Shown piece after piece: positions 8,399 through 17,423 of a DNA stretch of 56,633 bases. Both the position numbers and the translations under genes were made by a program. Origin of the DNA: a virus. Its lineage: Duplodnaviria > Caudoviricetes. The DNA lies in the IMG/VR virus record IMGVR_UViG_3300034053_000043, positions 1 to 56,633 of that record. The stretch is one strand, 5' to 3'. How positions within the stretch are numbered: position 1 is the first letter of the stretch; each line of letters opens with the position of its first letter. The notes below the pieces were generated by a model, which had not been told where the DNA came from, did not search any database, and saw only the letters and a list, made by a program, of their open reading frames with translations.

Positions 8399-9253
8399 TC
8401 ATGAAACAGGCTCCGTTTGCGTGGCGTCCATCATCAGCGATGCAACTTCAAACAGACCGCGCGCCTGATGTAGATCGTTGGCGTCATGTCCTACTGTGCC
8501 GGCCATGCAGTAGCGGAGCCCTGTGGCCTGTGCAGCTCGCTCGCCTGCTTTGCTTTCGTCGTTGTCCGCAAAGATCAGTGCATCACCGCTGATGAGGCTT
8601 GCAACATGCGTCAGATTGCCGGCGCTAAAACAGATCAAAACGGCATCGCGCAGTCGCAGCATACGTAATGCTAATTCAACTGTTAGCCCTGTGGCAAACC
8701 CCTCGACAAGCCATGTCCTACTAGATCGCTTATCACCAAGCCTGAACACCGCACCTTTCGCGCGCATGCCTGGGAGCATCTTCTTTTCGTGCCTCATCTC
8801 ATCAGGCAACCACTTGATGATTTGCGCCCCGACAACGGCGTTTGTGTCGAAGTGCCGCATCGGAACTAGCAACGACTCGTCAGGAAGGACTAGCCCGTGC
8901 GCGTCGTGAAAGCCTTTGTTTTGAAGGTAGCTATGCGGGCCTTGCTTGGCGGATTTGATTAGCTCCACGGCCTTTGCAGAGGCCCTGGCCCACCCTTCCC
9001 GCATGCGCGACTCATGCTGCGCAACCTTCGCATGGATGCGTGCCATATCTGCCGGCTTCGCTTCTGCGTCAGGGCGCCAAACATCAACATCAACCATCGT
9101 CGCGTGGTTCTGCGCAAAGCCAACATCGCCAAGCCACTTGTACGCGCCATTGCGCTTGCGCGGATGATCTGTTGTCGGGACGCGAACCCATCGGCCAGGC
9201 ACAAGCGAATCTACGATCAGCCCGTGGGTGCGGCAAAACTCAATGAACGTCAT
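8399..9253 (-). CDS. TOPRIM DNA primase (TraC/P4 alpha-like)
   Basis: LVEGFATG, FSAGNL, ADND and DAND motifs. Confidence 0.85.
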   Translation of the reverse strand: MTFIEFCRTHGLIVDSLVPGRWVRVPTTDHPRKRNGAYKWLGDVGFAQNHATMVDVDVWRPDAEAKPADMARIHAKVAQHESRMREGWARASAKAVELIKSAKQGPHSYLQNKGFHDAHGLVLPDESLLVPMRHFDTNAVVGAQIIKWLPDEMRHEKKMLPGMRAKGAVFRLGDKRSSRTWLVEGFATGLTVELALRMLRLRDAVLICFSAGNLTHVASLISGDALIFADNDESKAGERAAQATGLRYCMAGTVGHDANDLHQARGLFEVASLMMDATQTEPVS

Positions 9254-10797
9254 GCCGCGCGCCTGCCAATCGACTTTGAGTAGGCAATGTTCTTTGCCTT
9301 GATCTTGTTCATCACGTTCTTCGTGATTTCAACGCCAGGCGTTGTCGCCACACGCCATGTGGACGGCGGCTCTGATCCTGTGATGTCGCGGTAAATGAAG
9401 CGGGCTCTAGCCTGTTGCTTTTCAGGCGCGCTATGTGCTCTCGCGTAGGTCGATACCTGAGCCCACACATGCTCCCGGTCCTCGCCCATCTTCTTCCCGC
9501 CGAGCATTACGATCTCGCGCATCTCGCCGGCCGTTGCCTCGACAAGTGATAGCCGCTTGGACTCGTGCCCACAGGCCATGCAACGCTTGGTAAATGGCTT
9601 GTGTCCGCAGGCTGGGCACCCCTTGGGTTCCTTGTCTTCGTCGCCGTCCTTGCGGATTGTCTTGTCTAGCTTCTCGCCAGCGTCAAGCTCATCAAGGCCA
9701 TTGAAATAGATGGACTCGAAGTCCTCACGAAAGCGAATGATGTTCCCGCTGAAGTCCAGCAGGATGCAGTCCGTCTTGCCCGTGTCAGGCGAGCACCTAA
9801 GCCCACGTCCCCACATTTGAATGGCGGTAGAAAGCGACTTACGCAACGGCCTCGCGTCAGCGACGCAGCCAACGTCCGGGACGTCAAAGCCCTTTGCAAG
9901 CGCCTCGACGCTCACCAAAACACGCAAGCGAGAGTTGGGCTTGCGGTATTCATCAAGCATTGCCTTACGCTCTGCTGGCGTTGTATTTGCGGTGAACACC
10001 GAAGCCATCGTGCCGGCTTCGTTGAACTGCCTGCACAGTTCCTCGCAGTGAGCGATGGTCGCGCCGAACACAATGGTCTTGCGGCCCTCGCCGTGCTTTG
10101 CCCACTCGCTTACAACGTCGCCAACGATGCCCATGCCTCGCTCGGCCGCTGCACGATCGGTCCACTCGCCACCCTTAGTCTCGGCCCCAGTCATGTCGGG
10201 CCGAGTGCATGACAGCACACGCATCGGCACCAAGACGCCAGACTGCGTGAGGTCGTGCATCGTGGTGGCGTTGACAAGGCGTGTAAACAGCTTGCCGAGC
10301 CCTGTTGAAAACGGAGTCGCGCTGAGTCCGACAACGGCGGCCCTGCATGTCGGGATGTGGTCGACCCATGCCGCCATCTGTGTGTGGGCTTCGTCGATGA
10401 TGATGACATCGGCGTCAGGCCACTCCCTGCGCGCTATGGTCTGAGCGCTGGCGATCTGGAATGGCATGTCACGATTCGCGCGCCAGTGCTGCGCCTGCAT
10501 CACGCCGTGCGCGCTCAGCCCATAGCGGTCCGCCGCCTCGCTTGTCTGGTTGATGAGCGTTGTACGGTCACAGACGAACACAGCCCGCTTGCCGCGCAGC
10601 AAGGCCTCGTGAGCCACGCGCAAGCCTAGGTAGCTCTTTCCGGCGCCTGTCGGGGCCATTAGCATTTGGCACCGATGCCCAGCCCTTATGCCGTTTCTGA
10701 GCGCCTCATGTGACGACTCTTGAAATGGCCTCGGCGGCGGGAAGCATGCCGAAGCGTAGTTCGGCCGGTCCTCCGGGAATAGCGGCTCGACGCTCAC
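9250..10797 (-). CDS. SF2 DEAH helicase (RadD/UvsW-like) with zinc finger
   Basis: APTGAGKS, DEAH, SATP, GFDVPD, QMWGRGLR, CxxC. Confidence 0.9.
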   Translation of the reverse strand: MSVEPLFPEDRPNYASACFPPPRPFQESSHEALRNGIRAGHRCQMLMAPTGAGKSYLGLRVAHEALLRGKRAVFVCDRTTLINQTSEAADRYGLSAHGVMQAQHWRANRDMPFQIASAQTIARREWPDADVIIIDEAHTQMAAWVDHIPTCRAAVVGLSATPFSTGLGKLFTRLVNATTMHDLTQSGVLVPMRVLSCTRPDMTGAETKGGEWTDRAAAERGMGIVGDVVSEWAKHGEGRKTIVFGATIAHCEELCRQFNEAGTMASVFTANTTPAERKAMLDEYRKPNSRLRVLVSVEALAKGFDVPDVGCVADARPLRKSLSTAIQMWGRGLRCSPDTGKTDCILLDFSGNIIRFREDFESIYFNGLDELDAGEKLDKTIRKDGDEDKEPKGCPACGHKPFTKRCMACGHESKRLSLVEATAGEMREIVMLGGKKMGEDREHVWAQVSTYARAHSAPEKQQARARFIYRDITGSEPPSTWRVATTPGVEITKNVMNKIKAKNIAYSKSIGRRAA

Positions 10798-11606
10798 GCC
10801 GCAGACTCCAGGCTATCGAGCTTTCTGCGCAGCCCCTTGATGATCTTGACTTGCTCGGACGACTCCAGCATCAGGCCGGCAATCCGGCTCTCAAGCGTGC
10901 GAATCAGCGACGCCTGTTGTTTGCACTTGTCTGCCAGCGCTGCCAGCTTGTCGTCGGACTCCAGCAGCAGGCGCACCACCTCGGCGTCATCGGCGGCCGA
11001 GCGCTCAGCTTCTGCAACTTCGTCAGCGCTGGGTGCGCCGTTAGTGTCATCATCAGGTGCTTCGGTACTTGATTGCACCGCAACTTGCGCAGGTTTCGGC
11101 GGCTTGGTTTCCTTCACCGCTTGGTACAGCGATGTTTTCCCCTGAGCTACTTCCTTGGCCTTGGCCGGGTTCTCGCGCGCCAGTTTGTCGGCGTCCTTCT
11201 GCGTGCGTGTCGTGGCCCCAGACACCGCCGCGCGTTGCTTGGAGGTTTCAAGGTGAAGGGCTTCACCTTGATCCGATCTGCGGTCGCCGCCGTGCTGCTG
11301 TGCCTTTGCCCAGTCCGTTGCGCTGGCGACGATTGCCGCCTGCTGGCCGGTGGTCATGTGCCGCCTGTGCAGGTTGGCCGACAGCACGAATGACACCGGG
11401 CTCGACCCGCTGAACTCGACGAACTCAGCCCGAGCGCCGGTTTCCTGGCATGCCCGGTAGCGGTTACCGCCGTCCAGAATCATTCCGTCGTGCAAAACGA
11501 TGGGCGATCGCAGGCCGTTGATCTTGATGTCGGCGCACAGCGCTGCAAACTCAGGCCCGCCCATGCGGGGGAACAGCGTGCATAGCGGATGCAACTCAAA
11601 AGTCAT
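10794..11606 (-). CDS. ParB-N-like domain protein
   Basis: GLRSPIVLHDGMILDGGNRYRAC...SANLHRRH. Confidence 0.75.
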   Translation of the reverse strand: MTFELHPLCTLFPRMGGPEFAALCADIKINGLRSPIVLHDGMILDGGNRYRACQETGARAEFVEFSGSSPVSFVLSANLHRRHMTTGQQAAIVASATDWAKAQQHGGDRRSDQGEALHLETSKQRAAVSGATTRTQKDADKLARENPAKAKEVAQGKTSLYQAVKETKPPKPAQVAVQSSTEAPDDDTNGAPSADEVAEAERSAADDAEVVRLLLESDDKLAALADKCKQQASLIRTLESRIAGLMLESSEQVKIIKGLRRKLDSLESAA

Positions 11607-11881
11607 GTCGGTCTTACCCAGTCAAACCCCGCGCAGCGCATAAGCTGCTCTGGTGATGTTGGAAGTCGCTTCGCGCATGTCCGCGAGCGCTGAAAGTTCA
11701 AGCACTCAAGGCAGATCCGCCTGTCGTCGTGCTCATGGTCGCGCTCGAATAGCCGGTCTGCCCATGTCTCTGCGTCTTGCTCTGACATGCCGCGCCGCTT
11801 GAACAGCGCAACTCGAAAGTTGAATCTGGCGATCTGCTTGTCGCCCCATTCGATGTGCTCGTGATGCGAGCTGTAGCTCAT
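11603..11881 (-). CDS. hypothetical protein
   Basis: DDRRICLEC motif; ATGA coupling. Confidence 0.65.
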   Translation of the reverse strand: MSYSSHHEHIEWGDKQIARFNFRVALFKRRGMSEQDAETWADRLFERDHEHDDRRICLECLNFQRSRTCAKRLPTSPEQLMRCAGFDWVRPT

Positions 11882-12054
11882 TTGCTTGCCGCGCACTCAG
11901 CGCACTGCCACAGCCCTGCCACGCGGTACTTCGCCCGGCCGACGTAACTCAGAAACCGCCTGCTACACCGGATGCATGCCCAGCTCGACGCATGCCCAGG
12001 CCCGGCATAGGCGCGAGGCGCATCGGCTGCTTTACGTGACTCGTCGTGTGTCAT
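11878..12054 (-). CDS. 58-aa zinc-ribbon protein (below the ORF track cutoff)
   Basis: Hand translation MTHDES...CIRC...WQCAEC; ATGA overlap with the next gene. Confidence 0.5.
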   Translation of the reverse strand: MTHDESRKAADAPRAYAGPGHASSWACIRCSRRFLSYVGRAKYRVAGLWQCAECAASK

Positions 12055-12140
12055 GTGGTGTAGCGCACGGACTGGGTTGATCGGCGGTGGTCACACTGCG
12101 GCGAAGGGAAAGCGTTTGCCGGCGTTTCAGGCGGCAAAAA

Positions 12141-12536
12141 TCAAGCAGCCCGAAGCGCCGGCCGCTCTAGCGATTCGATGCGCCCGGCCAGCTTTGCCAT
12201 CGCACGCGCTGCCTCGATGTACTCGCGCTGCAACTTGGCCTTCTCGTCTTCTGGCTCCACCGGCTGCGGGTCGGTGTAGCCAAGTTCGCGCGACAGGTAA
12301 ACCATCCCGGCGTGGCATCCGCGCCCGCGCGCCAGCTTCAATATCAACATCACCTGCTCAGGTGAAAGCTTCTCGCGCTTGGAGTCGTTCAGGCAGTCGG
12401 ACAGAAGGCGCCCGGCTGCATCAGGCTCTTTTTCCGGCCAGAGCTTTGCGCCCATTGCCTTGGTGCCGCCGCAGACTGCGATGCACTCGCGCAGCGCGTC
12501 AGCCAGGGACTCGTGAAACAGGCTTGCGGGGGTCAT
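12141..12536 (-). CDS. CII-like phage regulator
   Basis: Downstream of cro; LSDCLNDSKREKLSPEQV motif. Confidence 0.6.
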   Translation of the reverse strand: MTPASLFHESLADALRECIAVCGGTKAMGAKLWPEKEPDAAGRLLSDCLNDSKREKLSPEQVMLILKLARGRGCHAGMVYLSRELGYTDPQPVEPEDEKAKLQREYIEAARAMAKLAGRIESLERPALRAA

Positions 12537-12718
12537 TTGGTGCCTTTCCTACTCATTCACGAGTCGTCGGATAGCGTCGGACATGGTTTGCGAGCGACAG
12601 TGAAGATATGCAAGCCACAAAGCCGCTCAGATCAGTTGGGGAAGAAAAGGCCCGCCGCCAGGACGGCGACGGGCAACCCTGCGCCAATGGCAAACCGCAC
12701 GCAGGGGAGGAGGTTCAT

Positions 12719-12910
12719 TTAGGCGACCTCGCCAGGTACGCGCTGGCCGCTGCAAACCCAGCCGACAGGCGCTTTGCTGGGCACCCACTCGCGCCAGGTG
12801 ATCTCGTTTGCTTTGGCCGGCCTGCGGCGCAGACACGGGACGCAGATCGGCAGCGGTTGACGGAGCAAGCCGGTGGCGCCGGAGCAGCGGGCGAGAGTTG
12901 GCTCTGTCAT
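12719..12910 (-). CDS. hypothetical protein
   Basis: ATGA-coupled to cro. Confidence 0.5.
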   Translation of the reverse strand: MTEPTLARCSGATGLLRQPLPICVPCLRRRPAKANEITWREWVPSKAPVGWVCSGQRVPGEVA

Positions 12911-13122
12911 AGCGCCTTGCTCTCTGCTTCTCTGTACACATCATCGAACGTGATGACGTGACCATGAGACTTGGCAACGCTGATAAGACGAGCCGCTACG
13001 GCGGGCGGGATCGTCTGCCCCTGTTCGTAGAAGCTGACGTTGCCCTGCGTGACGCCGATAGCCTGTCCTATCGCCGCTTGCGTCATTCCGAGAAGCTCTC
13101 GGATTCGCCTGAAGTTGTTCAT
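12907..13122 (-). CDS. cro: Cro-like HTH repressor
   Basis: TQAAIGQAIGVTQGNVSFYE HTH; divergent from cI. Confidence 0.85.
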   Translation of the reverse strand: MNNFRRIRELLGMTQAAIGQAIGVTQGNVSFYEQGQTIPPAVAARLISVAKSHGHVITFDDVYREAESKAL

Positions 13123-13129
13123 TCGCCGA

Positions 13130-13172
13130 ATACTATCGGCGCTAGTGCAGGATGTCAACAGCGGCGCTATTT
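13130..13172 (-). promoter_or_regulatory. PR-like promoter with two operators
   Basis: TTGACA (13153-58)-17 bp-TAGTAT (13130-35); imperfect palindromes at 13131-13147 and 13156-13172 match those at 14943 and 14969. Confidence 0.75.
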
Positions 13173-13206
13173 GCTTGATTTTGCTGGCATATCGACCATC
13201 GCGGGC

Positions 13207-13710
13207 ATGGCGAGCAAGCAATCAAAAGTGACTGACGAGCACCGACACGAGGCCGCGTTGTTGCGCGAGATTTGGGAGCGCAAGCAGCCCGAGCTTCGGG
13301 CGCGCGGCCACGGGACTCAGGCAGCGTTCGGGCACGAGTTCGACATCGGCAACCAAGCTGCCGTAGGCTTTTTTCTCAACGGCAAGACGCCGCTATCTGC
13401 CAAGGCCGCGCGCGGGTTCGCTACGGGCCTGGGCTGTCGCGTGGCGGACTTCAGCCCACGCTTGGCAGCATTGCTGCTGGATCTGCCGCCGACACGCGAG
13501 CCCACGGCAGGCGACGCCATCGCCCAAGCGTTCGATCAAGTTCCGAACACCGCCGCCAAAACGGTGCTGCTAACTACTCTGATGCTGGAGATTGGGCGCG
13601 CGACGCGAGCGGGCGCATCCTACCTACCGCCGCCCCAGCATACCAAGCCCATCGACGCGCAAGATCAGGCGAATCAAACGGCGCACGACACACCCCAAGA
13701 TGGCTCATGA
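13207..13710 (+). CDS. cI: CI-like repressor without an S24 peptidase domain
   Basis: N-terminus resembles lambda CI (NQAAVGFFLNGKTPL...VADFSPRLA); 167 aa. Confidence 0.8.
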   Translation: MASKQSKVTDEHRHEAALLREIWERKQPELRARGHGTQAAFGHEFDIGNQAAVGFFLNGKTPLSAKAARGFATGLGCRVADFSPRLAALLLDLPPTREPTAGDAIAQAFDQVPNTAAKTVLLTTLMLEIGRATRAGASYLPPPQHTKPIDAQDQANQTAHDTPQDGS

Positions 13711-13978
13711 GCCATGCGTATCGGTCGAACATTGCCATGTGCTCCGATGACGCCAATAGAGCGGTCGGGCATTCGAGCGACCTGTCTATGCGTAGGACGG
13801 CGGCAGAGCTGGCAAACATCTCATCGGCAGTAGTCATGATGGCCGCCCTTGCATATGACGCGACCTGCGCGACGGCGCCAGACCTGCGCAGCCACTCAGC
13901 ATTGTCAGCGAGCAGCATGGTCCTGTTTGCCGGAGTCAGCAGCCCACTGATATGCACAATACTGATCCTGCCGTCCAT
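13574..13978 (-). CDS. hypothetical protein convergent with cI
   Basis: Protein-like composition; fills the gap; start uncertain. Confidence 0.4.
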   Translation of the reverse strand: MDGRISIVHISGLLTPANRTMLLADNAEWLRRSGAVAQVASYARAAIMTTADEMFASSAAVLRIDRSLECPTALLASSEHMAMFDRYAWLMSHLGVCRAPFDSPDLARRWAWYAGAAVGRMRPLASRAQSPASE

Positions 13979-14115
13979 CTCTGCGCGCGCCGTCAGCGCA
14001 CCATATCTCCATGTTTGTATGATGGTTTCTCCGGTGAGGGCGTGTTTTTACATGTCGCTTACATGACGGTCAACACCCACACGAGCGGCGAGCAATTTGC
14101 GCCAGGAGACACAGC

Positions 14116-14484
14116 ATGCACGCCATGAGATTGACTGCCGTCCTTGTGTGTGCAGCCATGACTGTTGGATGCGCCACGCGTGGGGCGAACTACACACCTC
14201 TCGTCGATTTCCGCCCAGGCCAGGAAGAGCGCCGCATGCAATCCGATCTTGACGAGTGCCGAGCGATGGCAGGCGGACGCATCGACACGGGAGCGCTGGC
14301 AGCAGCTGGCGCAGTCATCTTTGGCGTGATTGGCGTACTGCTGGCCGCAAAGGGCTACCGAAACGAAGTCGGCGGCACCATGGCTGCAATCGGCCTGGCC
14401 CACGGCGCAGACGATGGCCTCGGCCGGCAGGAAGACATCATCAAGCGCTGCATGGCCGGGCGCGGGTGGAACGTGTTGAACTAG
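14116..14484 (+). CDS. glycine-zipper lipoprotein
   Basis: Lipobox TVGC; hydrophobic Gly/Ala hairpin; AGGAG RBS. Confidence 0.7.
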   Translation: MHAMRLTAVLVCAAMTVGCATRGANYTPLVDFRPGQEERRMQSDLDECRAMAGGRIDTGALAAAGAVIFGVIGVLLAAKGYRNEVGGTMAAIGLAHGADDGLGRQEDIIKRCMAGRGWNVLN

Positions 14485-14494
14485 GGAGTCTTCG

Positions 14495-14866
14495 ATGATG
14501 CGATTGCTTGCCGCGTGTGCGGTTGCTTCGGTAATGGCTGGGTGCGGCGGAGGGGAAGACGACTCGCCCAGACAGGTCGAATACACCGTCAGCGACGGAA
14601 CGCTGACATTGTTTTCCGGCCGTGCAGCCCACATCACCTACGCGCCGTCAATGGGCGAGACCGCGCAAGTGGATGCATTGATCCCATGGACGTACAAACG
14701 CACCGCCAAGCCAGGTGAGTTCCTGTACGTGAGCGCGCAGAGCCAGCAGCGCACAGGCACCATCTACGTGAACATTTTCATAGACGGGAAGCCGGCCCAT
14801 AGCTCATCGTCGCGCGCCGCATACGGTGTAGCCACTGCATCCGGCACATGCTGCTCAACGGACTGA
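14495..14866 (+). CDS. lipoprotein (MmpS-like beta domain)
   Basis: Lipobox MAGC; VEYTVS...IPWTY...LYVSAQ. Confidence 0.65.
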   Translation: MMRLLAACAVASVMAGCGGGEDDSPRQVEYTVSDGTLTLFSGRAAHITYAPSMGETAQVDALIPWTYKRTAKPGEFLYVSAQSQQRTGTIYVNIFIDGKPAHSSSSRAAYGVATASGTCCSTD

Positions 14867-14896
14867 CCGCATCCGTTCTTCAGCACCACCACCACT

Positions 14897-14918
14897 AGGC
14901 CCGCTTCGGCGGGCTTTT
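14897..14918 (+). terminator. intrinsic terminator
   Basis: GCCCGC-TTCG-GCGGGC-TTTT. Confidence 0.85.
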
Positions 14919-14942
14919 CATGGGCAACTTTTTTTGATTAAA

Positions 14943-14986
14943 CACTAGCGCGGCTATTGACACATTAGCACTAGTGCCCCTATTCT
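14943..14986 (+). promoter_or_regulatory. PL-like promoter with two operators
   Basis: TTGACA (14957)-18 bp-TATTCT (14981); CACTAGCGCGGCTATTG and CACTAGTGCCCCTATTC. Confidence 0.75.
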
Positions 14987-15112
14987 CTGTTCCGCGCCGC
15001 ACCCAACAGCGGCAAGGAGCAGACGAATGGCAACGGTAGAGATCAGGCACCGATACGTCTTAATCCCCTCGAATTCGGGGCTGGGCTCGCGGCTCGAAGC
15101 GGAGGCCGCGTA

Positions 15113-15406
15113 ATGGCAACGATCAGCATCGAGGGCGCGCTGTACTACGACACCAGCGACAAGGCTGATTTGTGCTGGGGCACGGCGTACCGCTGGTATC
15201 CAGGCAAGCCGCAAGACTTCAGCGAAACCGTAGTCGTCTGCCCGTTGACGATCACCGCCGACATCGGCAGCTTCGACCCGCGCCCGGTCGCCATCCGCGC
15301 GCTTGAAGAACAGCGCACCAAGCTTCGCGCCGCCTTCGAGGCGAGCATCACCGAGATCGCCCGCCGTATCAACGAACTGCAAGCCATTGAGCTTGCGGAG
15401 GCTTGA
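15113..15406 (+). CDS. hypothetical protein
   Basis: Early operon ORF with GGAGG RBS. Confidence 0.65.
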   Translation: MATISIEGALYYDTSDKADLCWGTAYRWYPGKPQDFSETVVVCPLTITADIGSFDPRPVAIRALEEQRTKLRAAFEASITEIARRINELQAIELAEA

Positions 15407-15409
15407 GCC

Positions 15410-15613
15410 ATGCAGTGCGATTGCGGCGCAACAGACTGCCGGTCGTGCGGGCCGGCTCAGGGCCACGAAGTGGTCCGCGTTCCAGGCCCTGGCGGCCGCG
15501 GATGGCGCTGGATCAACGTCGACAGCGAAGCCGAAGAGCGAGAGATTCGCGCGGCATTGGCGGACGAGGCAATCGACAGAGCAATCGCCGCGCGTGAGGC
15601 TGCATATGGCTGA
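15410..15613 (+). CDS. hypothetical protein (CxCG..DC..C)
   Basis: GGAGG RBS, Cys motif. Confidence 0.6.
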   Translation: MQCDCGATDCRSCGPAQGHEVVRVPGPGGRGWRWINVDSEAEEREIRAALADEAIDRAIAAREAAYG

Positions 15614-15779
15614 GCCCGTTGTCATCGACATGACGCCTGAGCTTTTCGGCGTGGCGCACCTGGCTGAAGCAATCGACGCCCTGAAGCTGGCGCTCGAATC
15701 GGCCCGGCGCGGGCAGTTCAAAGCTGCTGATCGCTACGTCATCGAAGCAGACGAACTGCTGCGGCAGGTGGGGCTATGA
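15606..15779 (+). CDS. hypothetical protein
   Basis: MAEPVVID... start with GAGG RBS. Confidence 0.55.
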   Translation: MAEPVVIDMTPELFGVAHLAEAIDALKLALESARRGQFKAADRYVIEADELLRQVGL

Positions 15780-15934
15780 GAAACGAACGAACCCCGCGCA
15801 CTCTGGCAGACACGATGTACAGCACCGGGTACAGCAGCGCACGGCTTGAGTCGCGCAGTTGGGCCGGATGGTGGCTTGCCGTGGCAATCGGGATCGCGCT
15901 GGCGCTGATGCTGGCGTATGGAGGACGGCTGTGA
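15776..15934 (+). CDS. small membrane protein (below the ORF track cutoff)
   Basis: Hand translation, 52 aa with a C-terminal TM segment; ATGA/GTGA coupling. Confidence 0.5.
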   Translation: MRNERTPRTLADTMYSTGYSSARLESRSWAGWWLAVAIGIALALMLAYGGRL

Positions 15935-16560
15935 GTGTTCGTGCCGTCATTTCTTCTGAACTCGGCATGAGCGAAGAGGCGTGGAAGCCGTGGAGAGACG
16001 GCACATATGAGGTGTCAACTCTTGGCAATGTGCGTCGGGCAAAGCCTGGCATATCAACCTTTGTCGGCCGCCCAGTACAACCGATTGCGAGTTCCACTGG
16101 CTATTCACAGGTAACGCTATTGAGCGACGGAAAGCGGCACCGAATCTACGTTCATCAAGCGATTGCCGAGGCGTTTTTGGGGCCTCGCCCAGATTGGCAT
16201 GTTGTCAATCACAAAGACGCAAACAAGCAAAACAACGCGCCGTCCAACTTGGAATACGTGACACACCGCGGGAACTCAATTCATGCGGCTGAGAACGTGC
16301 AGCGGAGGCGAGGCCCGACCATGACAAAGGCGCCGAAGAAGGGCCCTCAGCGAGGAGATGACCACTGGACGAAGCGAATGCCGGATCGCATTGCTAGGGG
16401 TAGCAGAATGCCTCATTCAAAGCTGACGGCAGAGATTGTGATGGCCGCCCGCAGCCGCGCTGCATCTGGCGAAAAGCAATGCGTTTTGGCGTGCGAGTAC
16501 GGGGTTTCTGTGGCGCAGATGAGTCGAATTATTAGGGGGACACGATGGACGGCAATGTGA
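15931..16560 (+). CDS. NUMOD4-HNH homing endonuclease
   Basis: WKP...YEVSTLGNVR; VNHKDANKQNN..SNLEYVT..N..H. Confidence 0.9.
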   Translation: MSVRAVISSELGMSEEAWKPWRDGTYEVSTLGNVRRAKPGISTFVGRPVQPIASSTGYSQVTLLSDGKRHRIYVHQAIAEAFLGPRPDWHVVNHKDANKQNNAPSNLEYVTHRGNSIHAAENVQRRRGPTMTKAPKKGPQRGDDHWTKRMPDRIARGSRMPHSKLTAEIVMAARSRAASGEKQCVLACEYGVSVAQMSRIIRGTRWTAM

Positions 16561-17423
16561 TTGACCAAGTTGTCACGGGCAACTACTCCGCATACCACGG
16601 GGATTGCGTTGAGGTTCTTAGGGGTTTGCCGAATGCTTGCATTGGGTACTCAATTTTTAGCCCGCCCTTTTCCTCGCTCTACACCTATAGCTCGTCTGCG
16701 CGCGACATGGGAAACGTGCGCAACGATGCGGAGTTCTTCGAGCATTTCGACTTCCTCATCGCCGAGCTGCGCCGGGTGATGAAGCCTGGCCGCAACATCA
16801 GCTTTCACTGCATGGACATGCCCAGCAGCAAAGAGCGCGACGGCGTGATCGGGCTGAAGGACTTCCCTGGCGACTTGCTGCGCGCATTCCAGCGGCACGG
16901 GTTCATCTACCACGCCAAGGCCACGATCTGGAAAGATCCGGTCACGGCGATGCAGCGCACCAAGGCGCTGGGCCTGCTGCACAAGAGCGTGCGCGAGAAC
17001 AGCGCCATGTGCCGCATGGGCATCCCTGACTACCTCATCACAGTCCGCGCGCCGGGCGAGTGCGAGCGGGTCACACACACGCCGGACGAGTATCCGGTGG
17101 ATCTGTGGCAGAAAGTGGCAAGCCCCGTGTGGATGGACATCAATCCGTCCGACACGCTGCAATACATGAGCGCCCGCGAGCACGACGACGAGCGCCACAT
17201 TTGCCCGCTCCAGCTCGAAGTTATCCGGCGTGGCGTGATGCTGTGGACAAACCCTGGTGACATCGTTTTGAGCCCGTTCATGGGCATCGGCAGTGAGGGC
17301 TATGTGTCGCTGGAAATGGGCAGGCGCTTTGTGGGCGTCGAACTCAAGACCAGCTATTTTCAGCAGGCCGCGCGCAACCTGGCGGCGGCCACCGCCAAAA
17401 CCATGGACCTGTTTGCAGCATGA
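16545..17423 (+). CDS. DNA N4-C/N6-A methyltransferase (beta class)
   Basis: SPPF catalytic motif, HICPLQL, VLSPFMGIGS. Confidence 0.9.
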   Translation: MDGNVIDQVVTGNYSAYHGDCVEVLRGLPNACIGYSIFSPPFSSLYTYSSSARDMGNVRNDAEFFEHFDFLIAELRRVMKPGRNISFHCMDMPSSKERDGVIGLKDFPGDLLRAFQRHGFIYHAKATIWKDPVTAMQRTKALGLLHKSVRENSAMCRMGIPDYLITVRAPGECERVTHTPDEYPVDLWQKVASPVWMDINPSDTLQYMSAREHDDERHICPLQLEVIRRGVMLWTNPGDIVLSPFMGIGSEGYVSLEMGRRFVGVELKTSYFQQAARNLAAATAKTMDLFAA

